A stretch of 64,000 nt of DNA, from positions 576,001-640,000 of the forward strand of contig CAWGXH010000004.1 in the NCBI GenBank assembly GCA_963826525.1, written 5' to 3'. Shown in pieces: positions 30,181-39,928 of the stretch. The notes under the pieces are model-generated. The model was not told where the DNA came from, did not search any database, and worked only from the letters and a program-made list of their open reading frames with translations. The stretch is from an uncultured Methanomicrobiaceae archaeon (GTDB lineage: Archaea > Halobacteriota > Methanomicrobia > Methanomicrobiales > Methanoculleaceae). Each line of letters begins with the position of its first letter. Position 1 is the stretch's first letter. A program made the position numbers and the translations under genes.

Positions 30181-31008
30181 ATGATCGGACAGAAGTATCT
30201 TCAGGATATATCCCGCTCCCTCTCCGTTTTCTTCGAGAGCGGAAGCGCAGACGACCTGATATCCTGCCTGGTCGGCGGCAGCAACCTCCCGGGAACCCGG
30301 GCAAACCTGGAGCTCGCCGGCGCCTTTGCAAAAACCGTCAGGGAGTATGCCGTGCACGATGCCGACGATCGGCGTATCCTCTGGAATCTCTGCGTGGAAC
30401 TTGCATCCATCGCCCCCGACGATGCACCGACAGGCGACCCGCACGAGTTCCTCTCGTTCTGCGGTATCCGCGGCATCGGGGCGATCGGCTCGATATCACC
30501 GGCGTTCGCCGACCTCGCACTCTCGCAGCTCCACGAAGCCTCCGCCGATCCCCGCTGGCGGGAGCGGGAGGCAGTGGCGATGGGACTTGCCGATATGATC
30601 GCGGCGGTCAGGGAAAAGACTCTTGCCGAGCTCGAGAACTGGGTTGAAAGCGGTGCCTGGCTCCCGATGCGGGCGGCGGCGGCAGGGGTCGCCGATCCGG
30701 AGCTCCTCAAAGACCCTGCGGTCACCGAGGCGGCGTTGAAGATCCACCGGAAGATCCTGATCCGGGTATACACTGCCGTGGATCCCTGCTCCGGGGAGTT
30801 CACCGTGCTTCGGAAGGGGCTCGGCTATACACTGAGCGTCGTCGTCAGCGCCCGGCCTGAGGAGGGATTCGAGTACCTCCGCCAGCTCGCGGAGCTTGAC
30901 AATACCGATATCAGGTGGATCGTAAAGGAGAATTTAAAGAAGAGCAGGCTTGCGAAGCAGTTCCCCAAAGAGACCGCCGCCATACGCGATATCCTCCTGC
31001 AGGGCTGA
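30181..31008 (+). CDS. Alpha-solenoid (HEAT/ARM-like) conserved hypothetical protein
   Basis: SNLPGTRANLELA, DPRWREREAVAMGL, LRKGLGYTLSV, IRWIVKENLKKSRL. Confidence 0.7.
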   Translation: MIGQKYLQDISRSLSVFFESGSADDLISCLVGGSNLPGTRANLELAGAFAKTVREYAVHDADDRRILWNLCVELASIAPDDAPTGDPHEFLSFCGIRGIGAIGSISPAFADLALSQLHEASADPRWREREAVAMGLADMIAAVREKTLAELENWVESGAWLPMRAAAAGVADPELLKDPAVTEAALKIHRKILIRVYTAVDPCSGEFTVLRKGLGYTLSVVVSARPEEGFEYLRQLAELDNTDIRWIVKENLKKSRLAKQFPKETAAIRDILLQG

Positions 31009-31039
31009 TCGGCTGCAGCTGAGAAGGGAGGCGGCAGGA

Positions 31040-31780
31040 TCATCCCACAATCGCCGATGCCTTCTCATCGAACGGGTTTGTCCGCATGGCAAGCGAGAAG
31101 AGGTAGGGGTAGTTCTTCTGCAGGTACTGCATGTAGTCGAGCCACTGGTGAACAAGGAGGCGGTAGACCCGGTCGATATCGCCGCAGAGGTGCGTAAGGT
31201 CGGTATCCGGCAGCAACTCGAATCCCTGGCGGCGCTCGAGCTCTTCGGTGAGGTGGAAGACGGCGCGGAGGAGTTCAGTGAAGGATTCGTGCTCGAGCAG
31301 CATCGGGTTCTCGAGCATACGCAGCATGAGATCCTCCCGTGAGGCGAGGAACTGCTTCAGCCCTGCGAGATCAATCCGGTCGATTGCAACGTCGTACGAG
31401 TAGGTGCGTAACTCCCTGTCCACCTTCCGGAACGTCTCCTCGGTCCAGTCGTCCGAGACGATCAGGCCGGTCTTGATCTCTGCAAGGTGCGGATCGTTAT
31501 CGGAGAGGTAAGTCAAAAGCTTCGTCCCGACCGCCGAAAAGAAGGTCCCGATGACCATATTCAGTTTTTCAAGCCTCTTGCGCCTGTCCCGGAGATCGAG
31601 CATCTGGTGGATGACGAGCGTCACCAGCAGCACCTCGAGAGGGACGAACGCGATATCGCCGAGCGTATAGATCCCGATATGATGGAGATCGTGGAATATG
31701 AGATAGTGGAGGCCGTAGAGCCCGATGGAGAGAGTGATGAGCCCTGCCGCAACGGCGATCAGCCAGTGAGAATCCTTCAT
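31040..31780 (-). CDS. Conserved hypothetical membrane protein
   Basis: Two N-terminal TMs, KLNMVIGTFFS.VG, LENPMLLEHESFTELL, YPYLFSLAMRTNPF. Confidence 0.75.
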   Translation of the reverse strand: MKDSHWLIAVAAGLITLSIGLYGLHYLIFHDLHHIGIYTLGDIAFVPLEVLLVTLVIHQMLDLRDRRKRLEKLNMVIGTFFSAVGTKLLTYLSDNDPHLAEIKTGLIVSDDWTEETFRKVDRELRTYSYDVAIDRIDLAGLKQFLASREDLMLRMLENPMLLEHESFTELLRAVFHLTEELERRQGFELLPDTDLTHLCGDIDRVYRLLVHQWLDYMQYLQKNYPYLFSLAMRTNPFDEKASAIVG

Positions 31781-31890
31781 CCTATGCCGATCTCGACTCG
31801 CCTCCCTCATTAAGGGTGCTACCTCCCTCCGCACTCCGGCACCGCAGGCCGCTCAAGCAGGAAGAGGAGATTTCCAGGCTGAATGGACTC

Positions 31891-32440
31891 CGACATACCC
31901 TCCACCAGAGCAGAGGAGGGAAGGCCTGGAGGCCTCTGGCGTTCGCGCAGGGTCCTCACCGGGGTATCGGTGCTCCCGTTGCACGCATCCCCATCGACGT
32001 GCAAGCGATCGACGCTGCATGATGCGGACGCGATATTGAACGCCGCGTTCACATCGGCGTGATCGGCGTGCCCGCAGTGCGGGCACTCAAATCGTTTTCG
32101 CTGTCTGGTGCCCATCTCTCCGCACCGGCTGCAGTGCTTTGACGTACATGCCGGGTTGACGTAGGCAACCTGCACGCCCACTTTTCGTGCCTTGGTCTCC
32201 ACCATCTTCTGGAGCTGGTAGAACAAGCCGTTATCGAGCGAAAACTCTATGGAGGCAGATTTCTTTCGCCTCCGGATCTGCCTTGTGCTGAAGAGCCTCC
32301 TTCAAAATACTGCGTTCACGGATCTTTGCCCGCCTGGCCTTCGTAGACTTCCTGAGCTTTCCGGTACCTCTCGAAGAGATTTCGGTACTTCGCGGCGGTG
32401 TGCGGAGCCTTCCTGCCAAGCTTCATCACCCTTGCCGCAG
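31891..32440 (-). mobile_element. tnpB: IS200/IS605-family TnpB remnant with right-end hairpin
   Basis: FYQLQKMVETKA...VNPACTSKHCSRCG...FECPHCGHADHADVNAAFNI; upstream fragments (VMKLGRKA) in broken frames; minus-strand CCCTCC-N11-GGAGGG-TATGTCG resembles an IS605 right end. Confidence 0.85.
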
Positions 32441-32508
32441 CACACCCTTCCTGCACACCCACCTTTCCACAACCTTCACCCCTCCCCGACTATGGTTCAC
32501 CCGTTTTT

Positions 32509-33180
32509 TCACAGATCGAAATACCTCCATGCTTCGTCGATAAACAACGCCTGCATCCCAAACTTCATCGGCGCGACGATATCGTTCTCATAACTGTCGC
32601 CGATGAAAAGCGTCTCTTCAGGCGCAATCTTCAGCCGTTCGAGCGCCATCATGAAGATACGCGGATTCGGTTTCTTACATCCCACATCGGAAGAAAAGAT
32701 CACAAAATCGAACCGATCGTAAAAGCCGAGCGCCCGCATTTCGAGCTCCGAGAAAACCCGCTGCCCATTCGAAACGACCCCTTTGGGAAGGTCCTGAAAG
32801 ATATCGAGCAGCCGATGGCTCTTGGTATGGGCATGCAGTCGACGGAGTGAAGCTGCCCGGAACGAACGGGCAAGCTGGACGCCAAGCTGCCTCCCGTCGA
32901 TCTCCCAGATGGCATGCTCCGCACAGATGGATGCGAAGATCTCTTCCACCCGGACATCCGGGTATCGCTCCCACGATGCCTCCATCTGCTCCTGCACGCG
33001 TTGCCTGTAGGTGTCACGCAATCGGTCGGGAGTTATCCGGACACCCTGGTAGATGAGCCAGTTACTCAGCACCTCGTAGGTCCAGGTACTCCCCTCATCG
33101 GTTTTGATGTCGATGAGGGTATCATAGCAGTCGAAGAGAACGCCCTTCACCTTTTTCACGTCAAACGGGACTTCAAGCAT
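32509..33180 (-). CDS. HAD-superfamily hydrolase
   Basis: Motif I FDCYDTL, SNG, KPNPRIF, FIGDSYEND. Confidence 0.88.
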   Translation of the reverse strand: MLEVPFDVKKVKGVLFDCYDTLIDIKTDEGSTWTYEVLSNWLIYQGVRITPDRLRDTYRQRVQEQMEASWERYPDVRVEEIFASICAEHAIWEIDGRQLGVQLARSFRAASLRRLHAHTKSHRLLDIFQDLPKGVVSNGQRVFSELEMRALGFYDRFDFVIFSSDVGCKKPNPRIFMMALERLKIAPEETLFIGDSYENDIVAPMKFGMQALFIDEAWRYFDL

Positions 33181-34103
33181 GCCTTTGCCTCCCTTATGAG
33201 ATACTCCCGATGAGAAGGCGCCCAACCGAGCCGTGCGATCCGCATATACCCAAAAGCCATAAAGAACGGCAGCACGTCAGTCACCCGGTGAAAATCAGCC
33301 TCACCTTTGCTATAGTGCCAGAGGAAATGACCGATATAGGGCTCGCTCAGTTCACCGTTGCCGAATCGAGACGCAAAGAAATGCTTCATCTCGGCACAGA
33401 GAACACCCGGATCATGGACCGGATGCGCATTCCTCCATCCGCTTTCAAAATCGATTGCATAGACCTTTCCGTCGGAAAAGAGGTAATTGGCCGGGGTTGC
33501 ATCCCCGTGAATCATAGAACCCCGGAAACCGTGAAGGAGCCCGGCATCCCACCACCTTCCAAGAAGGTGATCGAACTGCTCCCGTTGATCGCGATCCAGC
33601 CGATTCTGGGCGAGTACCCTATGAAATTGTTCGAATTCACGCTGAACGTTGCACGAACCACGAGTTCCGTCATGGAGCCTCCGGAGCAGCGCCGCAACCG
33701 ACGGGAGGCGATCATGGAGCTGATGCTCCCGCCGGAGATACTTCCGGAGCGCTACACCCTCGATGTAGTCGGTCACGACGACATTGTGAAAATTACTCCG
33801 GTACGCGATCGTCCGGGGGACAGGGATCACCTTTGAAGCCCGTTTGAGGCGCCGGTATTCGTTTTTCATCGCTTTTTCTTCATCATACCGTCTCATCACG
33901 CCTGTCGGCTCACCGAAAAACTTACCGACAACGCTGACACCCTCCCCGGAGAACGCATACCGACACACTGTATGGGATGCCGGGCTGATCCGATACACCC
34001 CTACCTTGCAGTCCGGGTTCCGTATCCTGTCGTCGAGCACCTCAATCAACCAGTCCCTGAAGCGATCGCCCGGTTTCAGCGTATTTACATACTGCTCCGC
34101 CAC
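33156..34103 (-). CDS. APH/choline-kinase-like phosphotransferase
   Basis: VVGKFF, NEY, IHGDATPANYL, AIDFE; probable GTG start near 34103; overlaps the HAD start. Confidence 0.85.
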   Translation of the reverse strand: MAEQYVNTLKPGDRFRDWLIEVLDDRIRNPDCKVGVYRISPASHTVCRYAFSGEGVSVVGKFFGEPTGVMRRYDEEKAMKNEYRRLKRASKVIPVPRTIAYRSNFHNVVVTDYIEGVALRKYLRREHQLHDRLPSVAALLRRLHDGTRGSCNVQREFEQFHRVLAQNRLDRDQREQFDHLLGRWWDAGLLHGFRGSMIHGDATPANYLFSDGKVYAIDFESGWRNAHPVHDPGVLCAEMKHFFASRFGNGELSEPYIGHFLWHYSKGEADFHRVTDVLPFFMAFGYMRIARLGWAPSHREYLIREAKACLKSRLT

Positions 34104-34570
34104 GTTCCAAAAACCTCCTCGTGATCCGTTCGCATATCGCACCCCGGTGGTCGGCAGTTTTTATTGACAGTTCCCGTCCTTCCGCCGTCCTCGGCACGAA
34201 GATGGGCGGATAGCAATGAATGCACGGCACGCATCACGCCGCAGCACCCGCATATGCAGAGCGGAGTTCTGAAGAAGAACGCACGTACCAGTCCTTGAAA
34301 ATTCGTTCCTCCCATGTTCCCCTCCTCCCGCTCACAGGAACCTTCCACCACATCAATCGACCAGGGAGTAAACCGATAACCCGGATGAGGTGTAAATACG
34401 TTTCGACCGCCGGAAGATACCGGCAACCTGCACCCGTACCGCCGGGGTGGAGCACAGAGAGGGAGAAGATGTGCCCGTGCCACCCACACATTATTAATTC
34501 ATGCTGGTATTCCTACACTACCGGTCACCCAGGAGAATATCTGACCGCCGACAGACGGGGATACAAGGCC

Positions 34571-35518
34571 ATGGACTATCACGTACTCTTTCACCTTGCA
34601 CGGGTCAAACCGCTGACAGGATGGAGCATCGGCGGATCCCTCATCGGGATCGGCGTCGCAGTCTGGCAGGTGGGGTATGCCGGCGTAGACTGGCCGCTCC
34701 TCCTTCTGGCCGTGAGCTGCGCCATTCTTCTGCAGTACGTGGCACACCCCCTCAATGATCTGATGGACCGCGACGTCGATGCAGCAGCAAAGATCCCGGA
34801 GACCGGGCGGGCCAAACCGCTCGTGGCGGGAACGGTGACAGAGGCGGAGCTGAAAGCATTCAGCGTCGTCCTGATCCTCATCGCCGTGCTGATCAGCGGA
34901 TATCTCATCCTCATACGGCCGCTTGCCCTGGGGTTTGCCCTCTTCGGGTTCTTCGCCCTCATCGGGTACAACACAGCCCCTCTGCGGCTCGCCTATCACC
35001 CCTACACCGAGTATTACCTGGCAGTTCCTGCAAACGCACTGGTCGTCGTAGCGGTGGCATATGTCGCTACGGAGAGCGTAACTCCGGTTGCAGTCGTCCT
35101 CGGCATCCTCCACGGCTTTGCAGCATCCGCATTCTTCGTCAGCATGATGTCGATGGATCTCCCCTCCGATATCCGGAACGGAAAGATCACCACTGTCGGA
35201 AGGCACCCCACCCTTCCATGGGGACTGATCTTCCCGGGGATCGGCCTGCTCATCGCTACAGCACTCATCGTCCTCGTTCTTCCCGGGGCGATGGGGAGCA
35301 GCGGCGCACTGCTGATCGCGGCGATCACCGTGCCGGTCTACCTTGTCCTCGCCGCCCTCGGCAGCCGGGTCGATGTCGTCCGCCGGGCGTATCTCCGGGG
35401 TGTCGAGGCAGCATTTGAAGAAAAAACCGGCAATCTCAGACTTTTGCAGCTTTACGTGAGCATCTTCTACTCGGTCGCCCTCCTGGCCGTCTGTGTGGGG
35501 GTGCAGCCCCATGGCTGA
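34571..35518 (+). CDS. UbiA-superfamily prenyltransferase, MenA-like
   Basis: About 9 TMs; NDLMDRDVD; GYNTAPLRLAY; DLPSDIRNGKITT. Confidence 0.85.
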   Translation: MDYHVLFHLARVKPLTGWSIGGSLIGIGVAVWQVGYAGVDWPLLLLAVSCAILLQYVAHPLNDLMDRDVDAAAKIPETGRAKPLVAGTVTEAELKAFSVVLILIAVLISGYLILIRPLALGFALFGFFALIGYNTAPLRLAYHPYTEYYLAVPANALVVVAVAYVATESVTPVAVVLGILHGFAASAFFVSMMSMDLPSDIRNGKITTVGRHPTLPWGLIFPGIGLLIATALIVLVLPGAMGSSGALLIAAITVPVYLVLAALGSRVDVVRRAYLRGVEAAFEEKTGNLRLLQLYVSIFYSVALLAVCVGVQPHG

Positions 35519-36506
35519 CGGAACGAACGGCATGATCCCATTTTCTGCGTTTCTCGCCGGAGTCAGGCCCGCTATCGACCGGCGTATCGAAGGGGTGGCA
35601 ACAGAAGACGGAACGCTTGACGAGGAGGTGATCCGCCTGCTCCTGAAGGGAAAGCGGATGCGGGCGGGGCTCCTCCTCTGCGTTCACCAGACACTCGCCA
35701 ACGGCGGCGGGGGATGGACCCGGGCGCTCGATCTTGCCTGTGCGGTGGAGCTCGCCCACGCATCGAGCCTCATCCTCGACGACATGCTCGACGAGGATAC
35801 GTCCCGCCGGGGGCTCGGCACCCTTCACCTCACACGGGGGCAGAAGCAGGCAATGCTGGATACCATCGGCGTTCTCTCCCTTCCCTATGCACTCGCCGCT
35901 CCGTACGGAGCAGAGTACGTCGCCATGCTCGCATCGACCCAGCGGAGCATGGCTTCCGGGGTGACGAAGGAGCTCTATCCCTCCCCGCACCTCCCGGCAC
36001 CGGCGCTCTACGATACCATCATCACCCAAAAAACCGGCCGTCTCTTCTCGCTCACCGCAGCCTGGGGCAGTATGGCTGCAGGTCAGAGCAGCAGTATGAC
36101 GGATGCGTTTGCCCGGTACGGCCTCCGGGTCGGGAGGGCGATGCAGATCGCCGACGATATTGCCGATCTGTCCCTGATCGTCTCGGGCAGGAAAGAGAGC
36201 GGGTTCGGGTCGGAGATCCTTCTCCTGCGCCGTGTCTGCGGCGACGGATACTGCACCGAACTTCTGCAGGAGAACAGGGGAAAACACCTCAAGCCCGTCC
36301 AGGTGCACCGTCTCTGGTCGACCGAGGGGATCGAACAGGCACTGACGGCGGCTCTTGACGCCGAGGTGACGGGATCGATGGAGAGCATCCGGCAGTTCCC
36401 GGAACGGGAGGTCTTTGTCCGGGCGGCCAGAGAGATCGTCGCCATGGTGCTTCGGGAGGAGACGCCCGGAGAACGGTTGCCGGAAACACTGGAAAACAGG
36501 ATATAA
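35511..36506 (+). CDS. trans-Polyprenyl diphosphate synthase
   Basis: GKRMR, VELAHASSLILDDMLD (FARM), RRG, KTG, QIADDIAD (SARM); overlaps the UbiA gene end by 8 nt. Confidence 0.88.
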   Translation: MADGTNGMIPFSAFLAGVRPAIDRRIEGVATEDGTLDEEVIRLLLKGKRMRAGLLLCVHQTLANGGGGWTRALDLACAVELAHASSLILDDMLDEDTSRRGLGTLHLTRGQKQAMLDTIGVLSLPYALAAPYGAEYVAMLASTQRSMASGVTKELYPSPHLPAPALYDTIITQKTGRLFSLTAAWGSMAAGQSSSMTDAFARYGLRVGRAMQIADDIADLSLIVSGRKESGFGSEILLLRRVCGDGYCTELLQENRGKHLKPVQVHRLWSTEGIEQALTAALDAEVTGSMESIRQFPEREVFVRAAREIVAMVLREETPGERLPETLENRI

Positions 36507-36539
36507 ATAACCATCCGATCAACGTGAGAAGGAGAAATT

Positions 36540-36725
36540 ATGCCTGTCGTAACCATACAGTTATCAAAGGGTCGGACGCTCGAACAGAAGCGGCAGCTGG
36601 CGGAAGAGATCACGAACACGATCGTGAATACCCTCGGGGTCGACCCGAGCTGGGTCACCATCCTGATCAACGAGCTCGATCGTGAGAACATTGCAAAATC
36701 CGGCAAGCTCCTCAGCGAGTCGTAA
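36540..36725 (+). CDS. 4-oxalocrotonate tautomerase family protein
   Basis: 61 aa, catalytic N-terminal Pro (MPVVTI), GRTLEQKRQL. Confidence 0.9.
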   Translation: MPVVTIQLSKGRTLEQKRQLAEEITNTIVNTLGVDPSWVTILINELDRENIAKSGKLLSES

Positions 36726-36825
36726 AACCGGGTTACCCCCTTTTTCCTGCAGACAGCGCACGGCAACGATAAAATAGCCCGGACGAGCATGATGAGATAC
36801 GGCACTCCGCCGCAGAAGGGATCCT

Positions 36826-37174
36826 ATGGCACGCGACCTTGACGAGAGAGACCTTGCGATACTCAGAAAACTCGCTCCCGAGTACCGAGGGAGTCCTCTG
36901 TCCCGAGTCGGGGCACGCATTCCACTCGATACTCCCCCCGGTCTCGAATCACATCGCAGAAGACGACGCAGACTTCGCCGGGCGGATAAGCCGCCTCTCT
37001 GAGGATGACTGGCACTACCTCACCGAGCAGATCCTGAAGGGGCGCGAGAGCCTCTCGTGCATGCCCGAAGAGGACGTCGATCTGGTACTCCGGCAGATCA
37101 CGACGCACGTCTCGGAAGAGACCGCCGATCGGGTCAGAAGACTCTACCACCTCTCTGAGTGCGGGATGCTGTAG
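36826..37174 (+). CDS. Conserved hypothetical protein, 1 frameshift near 36885
   Basis: MARDLDERDLAILRKLAPEY joins EGVLCPESGHAFHSILPPVSNH after removing one base. Confidence 0.65.
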
Positions 37175-37297
37175 TCCCGGAGCAGATCCCAAAATATCGG
37201 CCGATACCCGGCTGGAAGAACCTTCTTCGCAGGCGGAGCATCCCGATTCGGCTGCCCGGATGCAGAGATTTATAGGATAGCAGCCCCACCTGACCGT

Positions 37298-37780
37298 ATG
37301 GAACTATCTGAACAGCTCACGAGCGTGCCGGGAATCTTGCGGCCGTTCAAGGCGTTCATAACCGAGGCCGGTCTTGCCGATGGCGACCAGATCGCCTACT
37401 ACGGCTGCCCCGGTACCTGTACGCCGTTTATCGAACTGCTTGCTTTCTCTATCCGCGACCTGCTGCTCTCCCAGGTCTACGTACCCTACGTGGACGAACT
37501 CGGCGCCCGGAGCCTCAGGACGGTGACGGAGGTGGGGATGCAGGTGAGTGGGGAGCCTGCGACCGTCGATCCGGCCGTGATCGTCCTGATGGGGGGGTTG
37601 TCCATGCCGAACGTCCCCGTCTCCCGCGATCAGGTGTTGCAGGTCGTCGAGGCACACCAGCCATCTGCTCTGGTCGGCGTCTGCTTCATGAAGATGTTTG
37701 AAAAGATGGGATGGCTCGAGTCGTTCGACTTCGACCTCATCATCGACGCCACGATCGACCCGGTCAACATCTGGAGGTGA
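37298..37780 (+). CDS. DUF2124 family methanogen protein
   Basis: YYGCPGTCTPFIELLAFSIR, VLMGGLSMP, GVCFMKMFEK.GW, FDLIIDA. Confidence 0.85.
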   Translation: MELSEQLTSVPGILRPFKAFITEAGLADGDQIAYYGCPGTCTPFIELLAFSIRDLLLSQVYVPYVDELGARSLRTVTEVGMQVSGEPATVDPAVIVLMGGLSMPNVPVSRDQVLQVVEAHQPSALVGVCFMKMFEKMGWLESFDFDLIIDATIDPVNIWR

Positions 37781-39176
37781 CCGGAGCACCGGCGGTGCAC
37801 CGGGCTGCCGGCCGCCCTATCTTCCGCAGGGTGAACCGGAATGCTGCTCCCGCTTCCGGCCTGCCGGTCACCCGGTCGTCAGCCCGGATCGTGCCGCCGT
37901 ACCGCTCGACAAGCATCCTTGCGATGAAGAGGCCGAGCCCTTTGCCGCTCTTCGTCGTCCTCCCTCGTGTAAAACGGGAGAATATGCGTGACTTCATCGG
38001 ATTGGGGACACCGGGGCCGGTGTCCTCTACCGTGACCTCGACATCCTCGCCGTCCTCGGCGACCTTCACGGAGACCCGCACGTCCGGGGCACCGAACTTG
38101 AGGCTGTTTCCGATGAGGTTTGTGAAGACCTCCGGAAGGAGGTCATCCGCAGCAACCAGAACCGGAGTTCCGTCGTAGACGATATCTGCATCCGGATGGT
38201 GGCTGATCTCGGCTCTGATGATCTCGTCGAGGTCGACCGTCTGCAGGGTGCAGTCCTGCGACCGGAGACGCCGGATGGTGGAGACATTCTGGATTATCTC
38301 GATGCTCCGCTGTATGCCGGAGCGGAGCTTCCTGACCATATCCCGATCCTGACCGTTCAGGGTCTCGACGAGCAGGTCACTGTACCCGAGGGCGACGGCG
38401 TTGGCGTTGTTGATGTCGTGCGCCATGATATCCAGGTAGAGATTGGCGTCCTCGTTTGCGACCCGCAGCGCCTCCTCAGCCTGTATCCGGTCGGTAATAT
38501 CCTTCCCCGAGCAGAGGAAACCGGTGATCGCACCCGTTTCGTCACGAAGAGCGCTGTCCTGCCACAGGACGGTATACTCCTTCCCCTCCCGGGAGACGAT
38601 CGGCATCTCCTTCTGATCGAATGCCGACGCATCCCCCGCCATGATGCGGGCAAACGCCTGCCGGGCTTCTTCTCGGTGCCGCTCAGGAACGACAGTGTCG
38701 AACCAGTTCTTTTCGATAAGTTCGGCCTCGGAGAACCCGAGCAGTTCGGATCCGCGCCGGTTGACGAGCCCGATCGTCTGATCGGTGTTGATGATGACGA
38801 GAAGGACGCCTGCGGTATTGAGAATTGTCTGGATACGATCCTTCTCGCGCTGGATCGTCCTCTGCTGACCCTTGAGCTGGTCGCTCAAGGTGGCAACGAC
38901 GAATGCGATGACGATGAACATTAGTGCCCGGAAGTAGTCGTTGAGCGTCAGATCTTCCGGCCTGAAGAGGAGGCTGCTCGCGACGACGAGCCCCGCGAGG
39001 GACATGGCAACGAGGATACTCTTCTTTTCCCACCACAGGGCGCTGATAATGATGGGTATGTAGAAGAAGTGCGAGAAGACCGTGCCCAGCATCAGTACAG
39101 CATGGAAGTAATACGTCAGGAATACCGAAACGGTCAGCAGGACGGCCATGATTAGTACACGGTACTTCTCGTGCAT
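37764..39176 (-). CDS. Membrane PAS-domain sensor histidine kinase
   Basis: N-terminal TMs, PAS/PAC ending in DIT, H-box LYLDIMAHDINN, NLIGNS, DTGPG, GKGLGL. Confidence 0.9.
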   Translation of the reverse strand: MHEKYRVLIMAVLLTVSVFLTYYFHAVLMLGTVFSHFFYIPIIISALWWEKKSILVAMSLAGLVVASSLLFRPEDLTLNDYFRALMFIVIAFVVATLSDQLKGQQRTIQREKDRIQTILNTAGVLLVIINTDQTIGLVNRRGSELLGFSEAELIEKNWFDTVVPERHREEARQAFARIMAGDASAFDQKEMPIVSREGKEYTVLWQDSALRDETGAITGFLCSGKDITDRIQAEEALRVANEDANLYLDIMAHDINNANAVALGYSDLLVETLNGQDRDMVRKLRSGIQRSIEIIQNVSTIRRLRSQDCTLQTVDLDEIIRAEISHHPDADIVYDGTPVLVAADDLLPEVFTNLIGNSLKFGAPDVRVSVKVAEDGEDVEVTVEDTGPGVPNPMKSRIFSRFTRGRTTKSGKGLGLFIARMLVERYGGTIRADDRVTGRPEAGAAFRFTLRKIGRPAARCTAGAPVTSRC

Positions 39177-39928
39177 CGCAGATCTACCTCATCCCTATCT
39201 GTTCTTCGCCATATTTATAATTATTTCAATATAATAATGGTAGCATATACCAAGATAGGAAGTATTGCACAGGACGCAGGGCTGTGATCATGATTTCGGG
39301 TCATAGGGCAGTATGACCGCAATTCCCGTTGTCAGAGATCATGTTGAAAGCAGCCGGCACGCACGGCAGGCGCTCCGGAACGGAACCACCGAGGGGCAAT
39401 CTGCCCGCCGCTCCACCCACGTCACCCCCGCGCATGATCGGGGATCCCCGACACAGAACCGCATAGTACACCAGAAGCCCCCTCTCAGGCGAAGGAGAGC
39501 ATTCAGACGCTGAAAATATTTAGTACAGAAGTGCGAAATGTGCGAAGATGCGGTTTGGGATCTGACGTCCGGGACGGTCGAAGGATCTGCAGTACGGCTC
39601 GGGGAGAACCTCGCCAGGCATATCCCTAGGGAGCAGCACGGCTCGTTACGAATACCATCCGGAGGCTCAAGAGCCGGAAGAAGCAGATCACTTTTTAGAT
39701 CCCGCCCGGGCGTGAGGTCTCACGTCCCCCCCCTCCCCGATAGACAATCCCGATCTCGACAAAAGGGCAAATAGGTAACTCTAATCTGTTTTCAAAAGAA
39801 ACAATGGGATTGAAACAAACCGGCGGGACACCCGTATCCGCATAGCCCGCCGGTTCACGGAACAGATACCCGGGCCGACGTGAACGGCCGGACTAACTGA
39901 ACCGAAGAGAACTACTGGTGGAACAGCC

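Noticed and set aside
39781-39816. Sequence ending in AAACAATGGGATTGAAAC, like the 3' end of archaeal CRISPR repeats
   Set aside because: Only one copy seen, with no spacers and no cas genes in the window
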